Positions 17,429 through 30,004 of a stretch of 64,000 nt of DNA are shown in pieces. Location of the stretch: NCBI RefSeq assembly GCF_009914755.1, contig NC_060926.1; one strand, given 5' to 3'. This stretch comes from the human T2T-CHM13v2.0 reference genome, Homo sapiens. Positions within the stretch are counted from its first letter, which is position 1, and every line of letters starts with the position of its first letter. The notes under the pieces were generated by a model, which was not told where the DNA came from, ran no database searches, and saw only the letters and a program-made list of their open reading frames with translations. The position numbers and the translations under genes are program-made.

Positions 17429-18039
17429 CTGTAGGTAAGAAACTAAGTGCAAGTTTCTCACATAATGAGCAACAAATGTCAGCTAGTAGTTGTTATCCCA
17501 TCCCCAATCACCACTCTTTTAATCTGTATGCTCTCTTACACCTTTTGAGAATTAGGACAAAAATTTCTCAAGGAAGAGTGGTGACCGTTCCCCATCAGAC
17601 CCATAGTGTCACCAAGAATGTATCCCTTATGATCCCAAAGTCATCCTCTCTGAAGAGTAGAGTGTGTGGTCCCAGTTCAGAAGTGTTCCTGAGTAACTTG
17701 TGCTTATAACTCAGGACACTTCTGAACTTGGACCATACAGGTCTCCCTGCTTCTGTTATCTCTCAGACTGGTCTGTTCTTAGTCACACTGTGGAAACGGG
17801 GCCACCTAGCTAAGCTTCCAGCACTTCTCACCTTATCTGAAAAGGCAGCCACTCTCTGTCCATTAGCATTCTACTCTTCCTTCAAGTTCTAATCAAGATA
17901 TAACCTTCATTCTTGGCTCGGTTTGCATCAATTCTACCTCCTTCTGATTGCTCATGGAGTAAATTTTTTATCTCACACATTATAGTGCTTCACAGAACTC
18001 CTTCCTGCAGTCCTCAATTTCTTATGGGCTCGTAGGTGC

Positions 18040-18065
18040 AAAAAAAAAAAAAAAAAAAAAAAAAA
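18040..18065 (+). repeat. Pure A26 tract
   Basis: Uninterrupted A run with no Alu/L1 body in front of it. Confidence 0.95.
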
Positions 18066-20704
18066 TCTCCCCTGAATTTCCGCTCCTAACTCTACCATAA
18101 CTCATGGTGAACTCGGGAAATTACTCAACCATTCTGGATCTCCTTTACTCCATTTTATAGATAAGGAGTTGAATTGGGTGATGTTCAAGACCTCCTCAGA
18201 TTTCACATTCTAGGAGATTACAGGCAGTTTAACAGCATGGTTCATGACCAATAATAACATGACATTTCTCATTCACAAGGGCCTGGTAGACCCTTCAACT
18301 TTGTCAGTTCCAATCTTTTCCATAATCCTATAAGGGAGGTACTATAATACCCATTTTAAAGATGAGAAAAACTAACGTTCATAACTGTTATAAAACCCAA
18401 CTTGCTTAAGTGAGTCTGTTATTGCAACAGGGCTGGGATTCTACCCTGAGTCACAGCCTGTGTTCCTTTCTCCTTTCTGATCTGTCCTGTGTCTTCTACT
18501 TTTTCATATCACTCTTAGCCATGACTGACAGACCTAGGCACAACAAATGACCTGACGTGAACTCTAGAAGTGGGTTCCAAAACTTAAGAAGAGGGATTCA
18601 CTCACATTCTCTTGGTTGGCTCTGTGACTTATCTGCTGTATGGGCAGTGCCGTGCACTCTTGGGGCTCCTTGATGCTGGAAGTTGGGCAAAAGGAAGCCC
18701 ACATGGGGAAGAAGCAGTTCTTCCCCTCACTAATGTACGGCTGTGGACAGGTTATGTAAGTTCTGTAAGCCTCAGTTTACAAACAGTCTTCATCTATTAA
18801 ATAAGGACAACGATATCTATCTCCAAAGATTGTGAGGAGAACTTTATATGAGGAAATGGGCATAACATCAGTGTGAGGTGTTTGTTTTTGTTTCAAACAA
18901 ATCTGAATGCAGAACTCAGCATGCTATTTAGTTCTCTCAAAAGCACATACACACACTAGTGAGCAGCAGAGGGTGATGATCTTGTAGGGTGACGTAAGAG
19001 AGGGTTTATATCACATACACTGTAGCAAACAACTTAATATTCACATTCTGAGTTGCCTTTCCTCACACGGTGCTAAGCCTCACTGGTTCCTACCTCCCAT
19101 CCCTCCCCCAATTTTAAAAACCTCCCTGCTTGATTATGCAGAATGCAACACCACCAGCTTTAATTTCCAAACTCATGACCCTTAATGCATTGTGGTGCTC
19201 AGAAAACCAAGTCCCTGCCAGTTAATAGGACTTACTCTCTTTGGGCAGTCTTTGGGGTTAAAAAAAAAGATTTTATTTCCTTGTACATTATCATCATCAT
19301 TTTCATCAACAAAAACTTTACCTGGTAACTTAGAAGAATGATTCAGAGAGATGCTAGAAAATGGGAAATGGGGACATTGTAGCACAATTTTCAAGAGATT
19401 CATAGATGGATCAGGAAAATCTAGCACTGGATAAAGTAGCTCTGGAATGAGCCTCCTATGGTCAGAATAACTGAACCGACTGTGTCCAGCCACCAAAGCT
19501 CACCTGTCACTCTACACTGGTTGAGTGTAGACTGGAGACTCAGAGCCCCACTGGATTCTCACAGCTACTCCATCTGTGAAAGCTCCTGGGAGAGGGGTAA
19601 GGCGGCCTCCAAAGACCACTTGGAATTGCCTCACCCAGAAGATCAGAACCCTACTTTCTGGGCAGATACATGGGATCCTCTATAATCTGGTTCACTAGAC
19701 CAATCTCACTGATCACCATTCAGTGAGAGTTGCAAAGATACGGAGAAATGGAATTAAAGCTATCAAAATAAGAAAATTCCTGATCAAAAGTTTTCAACTA
19801 CTTATCTACAGGAAAAGTTATTTTATGTGTAGTAAACTAAATTCATTTACAATGTCTTTGTGAGTTATTAATCATCCGCCAGTGGGAGGCAGGCAACAGG
19901 AGAAACAGGCTGTGTATCTGAGAGTGGGACCCCTTAAGAGTGCAAAGGAGAAGGGGAGAGGAGAGAAGGTGACAATATGTTGCAGTTTCATTATTACAAT
20001 TTACAACAGCCTACACATGTTTAATCCTGATTTTCTTCTCTTCACAAATCAGTTCTCCTGTATGACTTTCCACAGAGCAGAAAATGACTATACCTGAACA
20101 CTAAAAATTTAAATTTTCCATCTTTGCATAGCATCTATGCAGCAAAAGTTTCACAGATCTCAGGAATTAGAGGCTGGGCAATGAAAGGAAGCAGAAGGCT
20201 TGTCAGTGACAGCTGTAAGCCTTGCTCTCTTAGCTAGATTTTCTCCATCAGTCAACTTGGAGCAGAATGAGTGTGATCTACTGCTAATCTCCCCTGTGGA
20301 ATTCTCAACAAACTCCAGGCTGCACAGGTTATAGACACTAATGAAACGTTATGGGTGAGCATTGAGGACAAAGGCTTTAACATCTGTGAAGTAGACAGGA
20401 GTCTGCAGCCCCTGAGCCCACCCATCTGCGTAGACTGCAGGAGCTCCCTGCCTTGTATTTGGTTGGGTGCTGTTTTAAGTCTTTGTGGGGTTACAACTAG
20501 CACATTCTGTTTGATTTGTAACACTTCAGCAACCAACCATATAGGCTGTTTGGCAGATAGTCATTTATAAATAAGAATAATATATATTATTCTTATTAAG
20601 CATAAGAATGCTGTTAGGCATTTTAAACGGAAAAGTTTCATGGCTATTCCATTGATAACTGGATTTACCTGTGGGGTAACAAGACAAAGCTGAGTGTTTT
20701 TGCC

Positions 20705-20880
20705 TTAGAATCCTGGGGTATTAGAATTGATCTCGTTTAAGAGGCTCTCTCTTTCTACATGTGAGGAAACAGGCCCACAGAGAAGCACAGATGTACTCAG
20801 GTCACACAGCATGTTAGAGGCAAAGCCAGGGCTAGAAGCTGAGTCTTTGAACTCTGAACAGTTTAGTGCTCTTACCTGAC
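20705..20880 (-). mobile_element. MIR fragment
   Basis: gtgaggaaacaggcccacagaga...caggtcacacagcatgttagaggcaaagccagggctagaa. Confidence 0.75.
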
Positions 20881-21397
20881 ACCACGTTTTCGTAGTTTTG
20901 TTTAAGATACTCTGTCCCATGTGCAGATAGCACCACATGCAAATAGCTCTTGAAAACATATTTGTGAGTGGATGATGACAATGCTGTTGGTGCTGATTTA
21001 ATTATAGGATGCCATGGGGAAAAAAGCTCTACAGTTTTCTAAATGGAAGGGATAAAGTTGAATAAACAAGAGAGTTAAAGCATTGTTCCAGGTCCAGATT
21101 AAATGTTCCATAAATACTCTTTGAATTAAAATAAAGAGAAGTAAGTAGGCTATGGAATTTCGTCGGGTAAAGTATTAAGAAAATAGAACCAAAGCTTCAT
21201 TTCCTTGATTTTTCCAGGCGCCATGAAATTGTTTATCACTAGGAGGGGTATTCACTGTAGTCCAGGGACCACAGTGGTCTTTGAAGTCTCCCTGCATGGT
21301 AGCTGGCCTCTTAAGGCAAACAACATTTACAGAATGTCAAGTCTACATAGTTTGTGATTCTCAAACCCTTCTGTAGTGAGGGTTCTCCAAGACAGTG

Positions 21398-21581
21398 AGT
21401 TGTGGTGCTTGTGGTGATAATGGCAGTGGTTGCATTGGTGGTAGTGATGGTGGTAGTGGTGGAGATGGACATGATGGTGGTGGTGATGATGATGGTGGTG
21501 ATAGAGGTGGAGGTGGTGGAGGTGAGGAAGTGGTGGAAATGGTGGTGGCAGCAGTGAAGGTGGTGGCAGTGGTAGTGATGA
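21398..21581. repeat. Degenerate (GGT/GAT)n trinucleotide repeat
   Basis: ggtggtagtgatggtggtagtggtggagatggacatgatggtggtggtgatgatgatggtggt...; explains the His/Thr/Gly-rich spurious ORFs. Confidence 0.92.
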
Positions 21582-21677
21582 GAGATGTGCCATTTGCATT
21601 CAGCGTTCAAGGATGGGCAAGAATTTCAATATGCAGAGTTTGTGGGAATGGAAATTGCAAGCTGAGGAAGCAGAAAC

Positions 21678-21712
21678 ATATATATATATATATATATATT
21701 TTTTTTTTTTTT
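21678..21712. repeat. (TA)n followed by poly-T
   Basis: atatatatatatatatatatatttttttttttttt. Confidence 0.9.
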
Positions 21713-22529
21713 GCCCAAGATGGCAAAGAGAACAGCTAGAATATGACTGGAATCATTCAGATTAGCAATGATGAGGAATTCACTCACAGCAGTAGCCTTT
21801 AGGATAGAGAAGCTACAGTAAGTATGAGAGTCCTCTGAGGATCAACAGAACTTGACCACTGACTGGGAGTGAGGATGGAGTGAGAGTCATGCTCTGTGAT
21901 CCTCTCCATGAGGGCAAGGGCGGGGAATTGTGTCCCTTGGTTCTTCCATAGGGTCTGTTCCTGTGTTTAGTACATGGTAAGCTTTCTGAAAATGTCTGGT
22001 ATCTGTTTAACTGCTTTGAGTCACCCTGGCTGAGGAAGTGGACATGTGGCTGGATTTCACCCTTTTCTTGTTCCTTCACTCTCCCTGAGGGTGCACACTT
22101 GGGTGGTGGCACACCCGCACATGATTTTAATTTTCGTGGCTGTAACCCAGTTCATATTTTGGTCAGCCTTCAGGTAATCAGCCAGAGATGCTAGCATTGT
22201 ATACTGCTCTCTTTCCACAGCCTCCATTAGAGGAGGGAATTCACTGGAGGGTAAGGAGTCTGGACAACCTCACAGAAGAGGTGATATTGATCTAAATCTT
22301 GGAGAAGGGTAGGGTTGGATCAGCATGGAGGGAGGGCGTTTCGAGAGGGAAGAAAGCAGGGGCTGAGGTTTAAGCACTGGCACGAATGGATCAGTTTTGC
22401 AAAAGTGGGCACTGTTGGATGGACTCATTCTGTCAAAGTAGGAAAGGCCTTAAATGCTTAGGTAAAGAAGCTGGGCTTACCCTCAGGACAGGGGCTTTTG
22501 GGTCAGGAGAATTAGCGCTCGCCTAATAT

Positions 22530-22852
22530 CCAGGAGCTCTCCCTCATGACTGGTCTTCATTATAGTTAGTTGACTGACTCTGGCAAGTGGGTATGTGAGC
22601 AGAAGTGAGGCATCACTTCCAGTCAAGTCCCCTTAGGATGCTTCGTCCATCCCCCTGTCCCTTCTGTGTGCCCTTCTAGATGCTCCAGGTGGTACAGCTA
22701 CAAGATGGCAGAGCCTCCATCACCTAAGTTCCTGACTAAGGAGAAAGATTCTCCTGGCCTGGGCGGGACTTACACTGTGAGTGAGAAATAAAGTTTTGTT
22801 GTGACAAGGATCTGGGGTTTTGGATTATTTTGTTAGAGCAACTATTTTGACA
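22530..22852 (+). mobile_element. MLT1 (MaLR, MLT1J-like) LTR
   Basis: gcagaagtgaggcatcacttcc...gatggcagagcctccatca...tgtgagtgagaaataaagttttgttgt...ttgttagagca. Confidence 0.7.
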
Positions 22853-24701
22853 GCCTCTAAGGCTTAGGGTCAAGGTGAGAAATAGTGGAGGCAGTGAGGG
22901 GCAACTTTGTACAAAAGGGGACATGTACAAAGTCAAGTCCTCTTCATCTGTGAAGCAATCAGATTCTGCAGTGCTCTTCTGGGCACTGGGGAGAGCAGTT
23001 GATTGTAAAACTCATGAAATCCCTCTCCTTTCCTCTGGATACCAGCCTTTGGCCTGTGCTGCTCTTTGAACATCTTGGAGTGGTTGGGTTAACAAGTTTG
23101 AAAAGAAGAGCTATACTGAAGTGGAAGCAGGGCCCCTCTGCTCTCCCTAAACATCAGCCAGTCCCAGTGGAGGCTCCTTAGAACTCCCCATGCAACTCAG
23201 AGTCCAGTTTGAAAATGCCCTGGTAGCATGAAAGGGTGCCAGATTTGGATTTGGAAGATCTGGATTTAAATCCTGGCATCACCAGTTGTGTGATGGATAA
23301 ATTTAATTGTGTGTATTGGGGTAAATTTCTTGATCACTTTGTGTTGTATTCTTAATATAAGATTGGATATGATAATTGCACTTTGTATTGTACAGGGCTA
23401 TTGTGCAAATAGAGAGCAGATGTGTAAACGACACTTTGGTACATATTTAGAGCTTTGCAAATATCTGGATTTTGTTTGTTATCATGAATGCATAGCTGTA
23501 AAACTGGTTCAGCTGGGGCCTTACTACACCCTCCCATGTTGTTTATGGTATACATTCCAGAACCTTCTCACTTCTTTCTGTCAGTGACCTTGCCTCCCAC
23601 TTCACTGAGAATATTGAGAGCTTCCAACATAGGTATCTCAACTTCTCTCTTTACCTCTGCACATCCACTCATTCTTCTCTCTTGCTTCAGTGGAAGATGA
23701 GATCCTCCTCAGACCCAGGGCCAAACCCTCCATGTGGGCTCACACCCCATTCTATTACACCTCTTTCAGGACTTTGCTCCAACAGTCAACCCCTATCTCT
23801 CTTGTATCTTCCAGTACTTCCATCATTCAGTCAGATAATGTGTTCAAGTCTCTTGTATCCTGGAAAATGACATTACTATAGCATGTTGCCTCATAAAGTT
23901 AAGTATTATTTTTCTCTCCTCTTTACCACATGCACTTCTGAGAGACTAGCCCAAGTTCCCCATTTCCTTGTGCATTTGGTGGGAAGAATAGAAGTAGGTG
24001 CCTTCTGACCACAATTAAACAGTCAATTAATTTTTCATGGGAGTGATAAATGTGGTCAAATAAAGACAGCGAAGTGTTTTTTTTCAGTCTTTTGTTCTGA
24101 GTAGGTACACAGTACTTAAAAAATGTTCTACAACGAAGGAACTAGGTGAAATAACTTGCTAACATTTCTTTGATCCTTTCCCATTCTGGGTTTTCAGCAA
24201 CACCATTTCTTCATTAGTTTTTTTTTTTTTCCTACTGTAGGTGGTGAAACTATTTCTGTTCTGTAAAGTACATAAGTATTTGGAGACTTGACCTAAACAT
24301 TCTCTTACCTAATAAATGGCACATTCAGGATTAGAGACAACCTGGATCTTTTTAAATAGGTGGCAAAATCATGGGGCTCAACATGTTAAAAGTAATGACA
24401 GTGACAGATCATCACAGAAGAGTCATCACAGAAGACTGTGGGAGGCTAAGCCAGTCTCAGGCACCCTTCCTATTCTCAGTCTTGGGGTGAGCATCTGACC
24501 ACTGTCCATGCCCAGGGTCACCCAAACTTGAGGCAACTATTATTTACTCTTTAAATCCAAGAGATATTTTGTTTTTTTCTCTTGCTCAGCTGAAATGTGA
24601 ACAAGTGATTTCTCTCCTCCCTAGGGATCTGCATTAAGGTAAGGACAAATGGAGCATTTGGTCTCTCCAATCCTTACCTGTTCCTGGTGGTAGTACAAGG
24701 C

Positions 24702-24887
24702 CAGTGGTATGCTGGTAACACTTGGCTCTTTGAAAAGAAAAACATCCCCAGTTTGTAGCATTCTGTGGTGTCAATACTTGGGTTATAGCTAATTACAATT
24801 TCAAAATACAATGTGATGTCACTGAACATGGAGTTGGGAAGAGATGTGCACAGTTGGCTTTTGCCAGCTGGCTCTGGCACACTGCTG
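24702..24887 (-). mobile_element. MER63A-like hAT DNA transposon
   Basis: TIRs cagtggtatgctgg...ggcacactgctg; internal gtcactgaacatggagttgggaagagatgtgcaca. Confidence 0.8.
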
Positions 24888-25929
24888 AATATGCCACACA
24901 TTCTGTTAAAAAATAATACACATACCATAGAAAATCTGAAGATCGTAGAAATGCAGGGCAGATGCAGAGAGAAAAAAAGTACTAGGAGACAGATTCATTC
25001 TCCAAAAAGACTTAATAATTTGATATATTCCATTCTCAAGAAAGAAAGACAATTCTATGCATAGATTGCTTTTAGTGCTTAGTTTTTACATCATTGTCAT
25101 TACCATACTGCAGTTCTGTTTCCTTTTTTTACCCAAACATAACATGAGCATTTTCTCATGTTATCACAAATTTGTCCTAGATGTTTTCATTTTAGAATAT
25201 AGAATATTCTAATGCATAATCAAACCAGACCATATCATGGCACATTGGGTTTGTTTCTAGTTTTTCATAGAAAATTATCTTTTTTACCTTAAAATTCATC
25301 CTCAAATATCCCAGAAATATTTCTTGGAGATGCCTGAGGGAGCAGTTGTCTGATGAGAAAGATGAAGAGAGACCTCTGAGAATAGCTGCCTCAATATTGG
25401 CCAATCCTTGAGGACCACAAAGCCTTGAAGTGAGCGACTCTCATCTGTTAAGAGACTTCCAGGCTTCAGTCCCTGAAACCCACATCCCTACCAGCCTTGC
25501 TCACCACCACATCCAGCTTGCTCTAGGAGTGGATTCTCATCCCCCAACTTCTGGGTTGGTCCCATTAGCTAACCCAGTCTCTCCCACTTTCCTCTCAAAC
25601 TCTCCTGCTCTGCCTTTGGGTTCCTGCTTTGTGGCAGGCAATCTCCTGTCAATACTTGAAATTTTAGGAATGTTCTTTTTAATTCCAGCCTTAATAGAAC
25701 TCTGGCTGCTTCCTGAGAATATGTGTTCTTTGTAGTTCTTGCAAATTAAGGCTTTTTTTTTTTTTCTTTTCTTGCTCTCACATTTATTCCCCTCAGAACC
25801 AGCAGGTGGAGTGAGGGTTCTCCTGCTCCTCCGTGCCACTTCCAGACCACTTCCCCTTGTGTCCTGTCAGATGCCACCCCTCTGAGGAGCACATATCCTG
25901 CCACATCTTCTTTTTCACTTGCTGCTGTC

Positions 25930-27582
25930 ACTCTCCAGCCTCCTGGTCACTCTTCCCTGATCACTGAGGACCTCAGCTCTGGCTCGGAGCCTCCCTCACT
26001 ATCCCAGCCTCTGTCTCACCCCAGTGACTTCATCCTCCTTGAGGAGGACCACCCAGCACTCTGGCATCTCAGTGCTGAGACTCCTCATCTCCAGTGAGCT
26101 CCTTCTCTCTTTTGCATCAGTTATCTGCATCCTGGCCACACCTGGGATATGCATGACTTTTTAAAACATCCTGTCCATAAATACCATGTCCATCCTCCCA
26201 AGTCACTTGCCTGAGTACCTCTGCTGTTACAATTCTCTCTGTGGAAACTCACATTCACTGAACCTGACATTTTCTTCCTATTCCTCAGACTCTTCATGTT
26301 TTCTTTCCTTCCTTGTCCATCAATCTAATCACTCCTATACAAGTCACCTCCAATTCCCTTACTCTTTCCTCCTTCTATGATACTCATCTGATAAAAATCT
26401 CAGGCTGAGATGAATCCAGCCACCCACATTCTTGCCCACAGCTGCCCCAGAGGCTGAACCCAGAGAGAGGTTTGCGCGGCCAGGTTGACTGATGTCACTG
26501 TAGATTCTCAGGCCCCTTTCCTTGCATTCTCAGACACCACACCTCTAGTTTCTCTCCTACCCTGCTGGCCACTGGCTCACAGCCCCTTTTATCAAGTCCT
26601 CCTTTTCTATCGACTTCCTCAGGGCTTTTTCTAGACCTTCTTCAGCCAGATCTCCCCAGGTGATTAATCTGTCCCCAAGGTTGTAAATCCATCTATGAGC
26701 TTATGACTCACGTTTTTATATCCATACCTCAGACCTCACAGAACACATATGTCCACTGGGATGCATTTCACAGGCGTTTCATGACCACTGTCTTCTTCCA
26801 GCATTTATTCCCCATTATTGTTAGAATAAAGCATAAACTCAGTGATCCTACAATACTCTTTATGATTTCCAGCCTGGGATCTCTTCCCTTATTCCCATTC
26901 TTCCTCACCTACCATGCCACCCACACCCCCACACACATCACACACTCCACATAGCCATGCTGAGTTTTTTCAGAGAGGCAGGATGATGTAGTAGCTAATG
27001 AGTGAGCTCCAAAGACAGACTCCCTCAGTTCAGATTCTGGTTTTGCCACATACTTGCTGGAGCACTTGGACAATTTGCCTACCACTTTGAGCTGCTGAGG
27101 GGATGAAATGAGATGATGCATGCAAAGTTCTTGGCAGAGTGCCTGGAACATCATAGGTGCATAATGAATGCTAGCAATTATTATTTTTAAATTTAGTTTC
27201 TTTGGCATAAATTATAACCTCTCTTTCAAATCTTTGTGCATGTGGTTGTCTCGATTTGGAATTCTTTTTTCCAACAAACTCTGCCTACTGATTTGCTTCC
27301 CTCATCCTCCAAATGCCATATGACTAACTCATATCTAACCTCCAGGACTCAGCTGATTACTATCTTGGTCTGTTGAGCATTTCATGACTCTGTGGTAATG
27401 AATGGCACTGTGGATTTATTGCAGCACTAACTACTGTATCCACATGCTTGCTTCCCTGCCCAAGTGTGCAGTAGACTCTAAGAGCTTTAAGGTGACGAGT
27501 GTGATAGGTCATTGTTTTATCTATAGCATAGTACGTACTATAAAGTAAGGGTTCATAAATATTTGCTAAGTGAATGAATAAA
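25930..27582 (+). mobile_element. Fragmented L2 with an inserted MIR (~26980-27185)
   Basis: Pyrimidine-rich L2 body (ctcctcatctccagtga; accacactctagtttctctcctacc) ending ttcataaatatttgctaagtgaatgaataaa; MIR core cacttggacaatttgcct...tgcctggaacatcataggtgc. Confidence 0.65.
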
Positions 27583-28199
27583 ATGATAAATCACATTGCA
27601 GAGCCATAGCTCTCTCATTGTGAGAATAAGTCAAAAAATAATGTTCTTGGTAACTATAAGGAAATTTTGTGGTTCAGAAGAATGCAACCTTCAATTCACT
27701 GAATATTTTTGGTAACATAAATGTGTCCCCTGAAATAGATTACTATAAGAAAAAAATACTGTTGAAATAGCTAATTTATGTACTTAATAACATCTGTCTT
27801 CAAGAAACAAAAAGAGACTTCCATGAAATGAGTTCCAATGTCTATACCCAGACAACCATGATGAAAAATGTGGTTGCTGTATTAAAAAAAAAAAGAATGA
27901 TGAATAACATGTTGGACACGGCAGAAAACTGAATTAGTCAGGCAGAGGACAAGTTGATTATTCACTGAGAATATTTTAGAAAAAGGAAAACAAGGTGAAA
28001 ATAAAGATAAGAGTATAATAGAAATAGAAGTGAGATTCTCAGCAATCCTAGCTTCTAATAAGAAGATATTCCGAAAGAGATAAAAATAATAGAGATGAAG
28101 CAAAAAATAAAAATGATGTAAGCATCTTTTTAATAAGTCCTCTCATTAATGATACTTCAAGACTTTCCATATTAGTAATACTAATAAATAAAGCATCTT

Positions 28200-28400
28200 A
28201 AAGGTAGATGAATGATCACTGTGTACCAGACACTGTGCTAAGGGTTTTATATACAATATTTTATCTAATCCTCACAATAACTCATGATGTAGGTAATATT
28301 ATTATTCCTAATTTTCATATTGAGGAAACTGAGGCTCAGAGGAGTAAAAAGTAACTTGCCAAAGTCACATAGCTCATGAGTGGTAGCTCCACTGTAGATT
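28200..28400 (-). mobile_element. MIR
   Basis: tgtaccagacactgtgctaag...aatcctcacaataac...gaggaaactgaggctcagaggagtaa...cttgccaaagtcacatagct. Confidence 0.85.
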
Positions 28401-28505
28401 ACTTTGGGAGTGAGCTCTTGACTCACATTGGGCAAATCGTCATCATGATTCTGGAACTGCACCTGATAAATAAATGCTAGGTTCTCTTTGGCAATTGAAA
28501 ATAAA

Positions 28506-28824
28506 GGCCGGGCACGGTGGCTCACACCTGTAATCCCAGCACTTTGGGAGGCCAAGGCAGGCAGATCATTTGGGGTCAGGAGTTCAAGACCAGCCTGACC
28601 TATATGGTGAAACTTCATCTCTACTGAAAATACAAAAATTAGCTGGCCATGGTAGCACATGCCTGTAGTTCCAACTACTCAGGAGGCTGAGCCACATTGC
28701 TTGAACCCTGGAGGTGGAGGTTGCAGTGAACCGAGATCGTGCCACTGCACTCCAGGCTGAGTGATGGAGTGAGACTCTGTCTCTCCAAAAATAAAAAATA
28801 AAAAAATAAAAAAATAAAAATAAA
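28506..28824 (+). mobile_element. AluS element with (A5-7 T)n tail
   Basis: ggccgggcacggtggctcacacctgtaatccc...gagactctgtctc followed by aaaaataaaaaat repeats; aaaataaa precedes the element. Confidence 0.95.
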
Positions 28825-28825
28825 G

Positions 28826-29241
28826 ACATGCCATATGGGTTGCTTGACTAGTGGCATGCTGGCATATGTGAGATAAGCAGAGGCTCAAAAAGCATTAGTG
28901 CCATGGGGTTTGTCCTCTTTTCCTGCTTTTGAACTCAGGCCACCATAAAGAAGCTTAAACTCGCCTGTTGGGTAATGAGAAACACATGGTTCAGTTACCT
29001 CTGTCATCCTGGTTGACAATCTTCCAAGTACAAGATAAGTGAATAAGGCTTCCTAGGTTATCCAGCAGCCACATGACCCATAGGTGACTGCAGACATATG
29101 AGACACTCCCACAGAATTCAGTTGAGCTGGCACAAACCAGAGCAGCCAGCAATCCACAAAATCATGACCTAAATGGACAGTTGTTACTTTAAACCACTAA
29201 GTTTCGGAATGATTTGTTACGCAGCAGGAACTAACTGATAC
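28826..29241 (+). mobile_element. MLT1 (MLT1F/G-like) MaLR LTR
   Basis: 3' end ttgttactttaaaccactaagtttcggaatgatttgttacgcagcaggaactaactgataca is typical of MLT1. Confidence 0.8.
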
Positions 29242-30004
29242 ACGATCTTACTTCTATTATTTGAAGCCAAAGGTTCTAACTGTAATAGAGTAAATTTTTT
29301 TTTTCAGATCTAAAATATATCTTGGTCTGAACATTGACAGTAAGTGTTAGGTTATGGGAAGACTTACTATTTAAATCCTGTTTGGATTTTCTAGATTAAC
29401 ATATAATCATACAAGTATCTTGGGGGGTACATATTAGGTTATCCACAAAAGAAGATATCACTTTGCCTTCAAACAGCAAAGGAGCAATCTATGCTGAGCT
29501 TAAAAGAAAAAAAATTATTTATATATTTATAAATCGTGATATTCCCACAATTTATACCCAATCAAGCAGCCATTGGTAAGTATATGCCAAATAAAGGTAT
29601 TATCAAATATGTAAGAAAGTACTATTTTCTGCAGAGAAACTACCAAAAGACATGATTCAGAATGATGGATGATGGATCAAAACTGAAAATTCAAAATAAT
29701 GAGGCCATAGAACTAATAAACTGGTGATTATCAGTAAAATAAAAATATATAGAGATGACAGTAAATCATTGTTTGTGGACCATAATTATGAAATGGAATA
29801 GAAAACATTTTTAAGAGAGCAGATCTCTATTACTTGTTCCCAACTTATTTGGTCTTGGTATTTCTTTACACTAATAAAAATAATTGAAGACTCCCAAAGA
29901 ACTTTTGTTCATGTGGGTCGTATCTATCAATACTTATTATATTAGAAACAAAAGCAGAGAACCATTTGACAGTGTTTGTTAAGTTGTTTAAAAATAACAA
30001 TAAT

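Noticed and set aside
19330-19450. Possible CR1 RT fragment (W..xxVxxIFK...D.G)
   Set aside because: Resemblance too short and degenerate to call without an HMM search.
21311-21739. His-, Thr- and Gly-rich ORFs
   Set aside because: Translations of the (GGT/GAT)n simple repeat.
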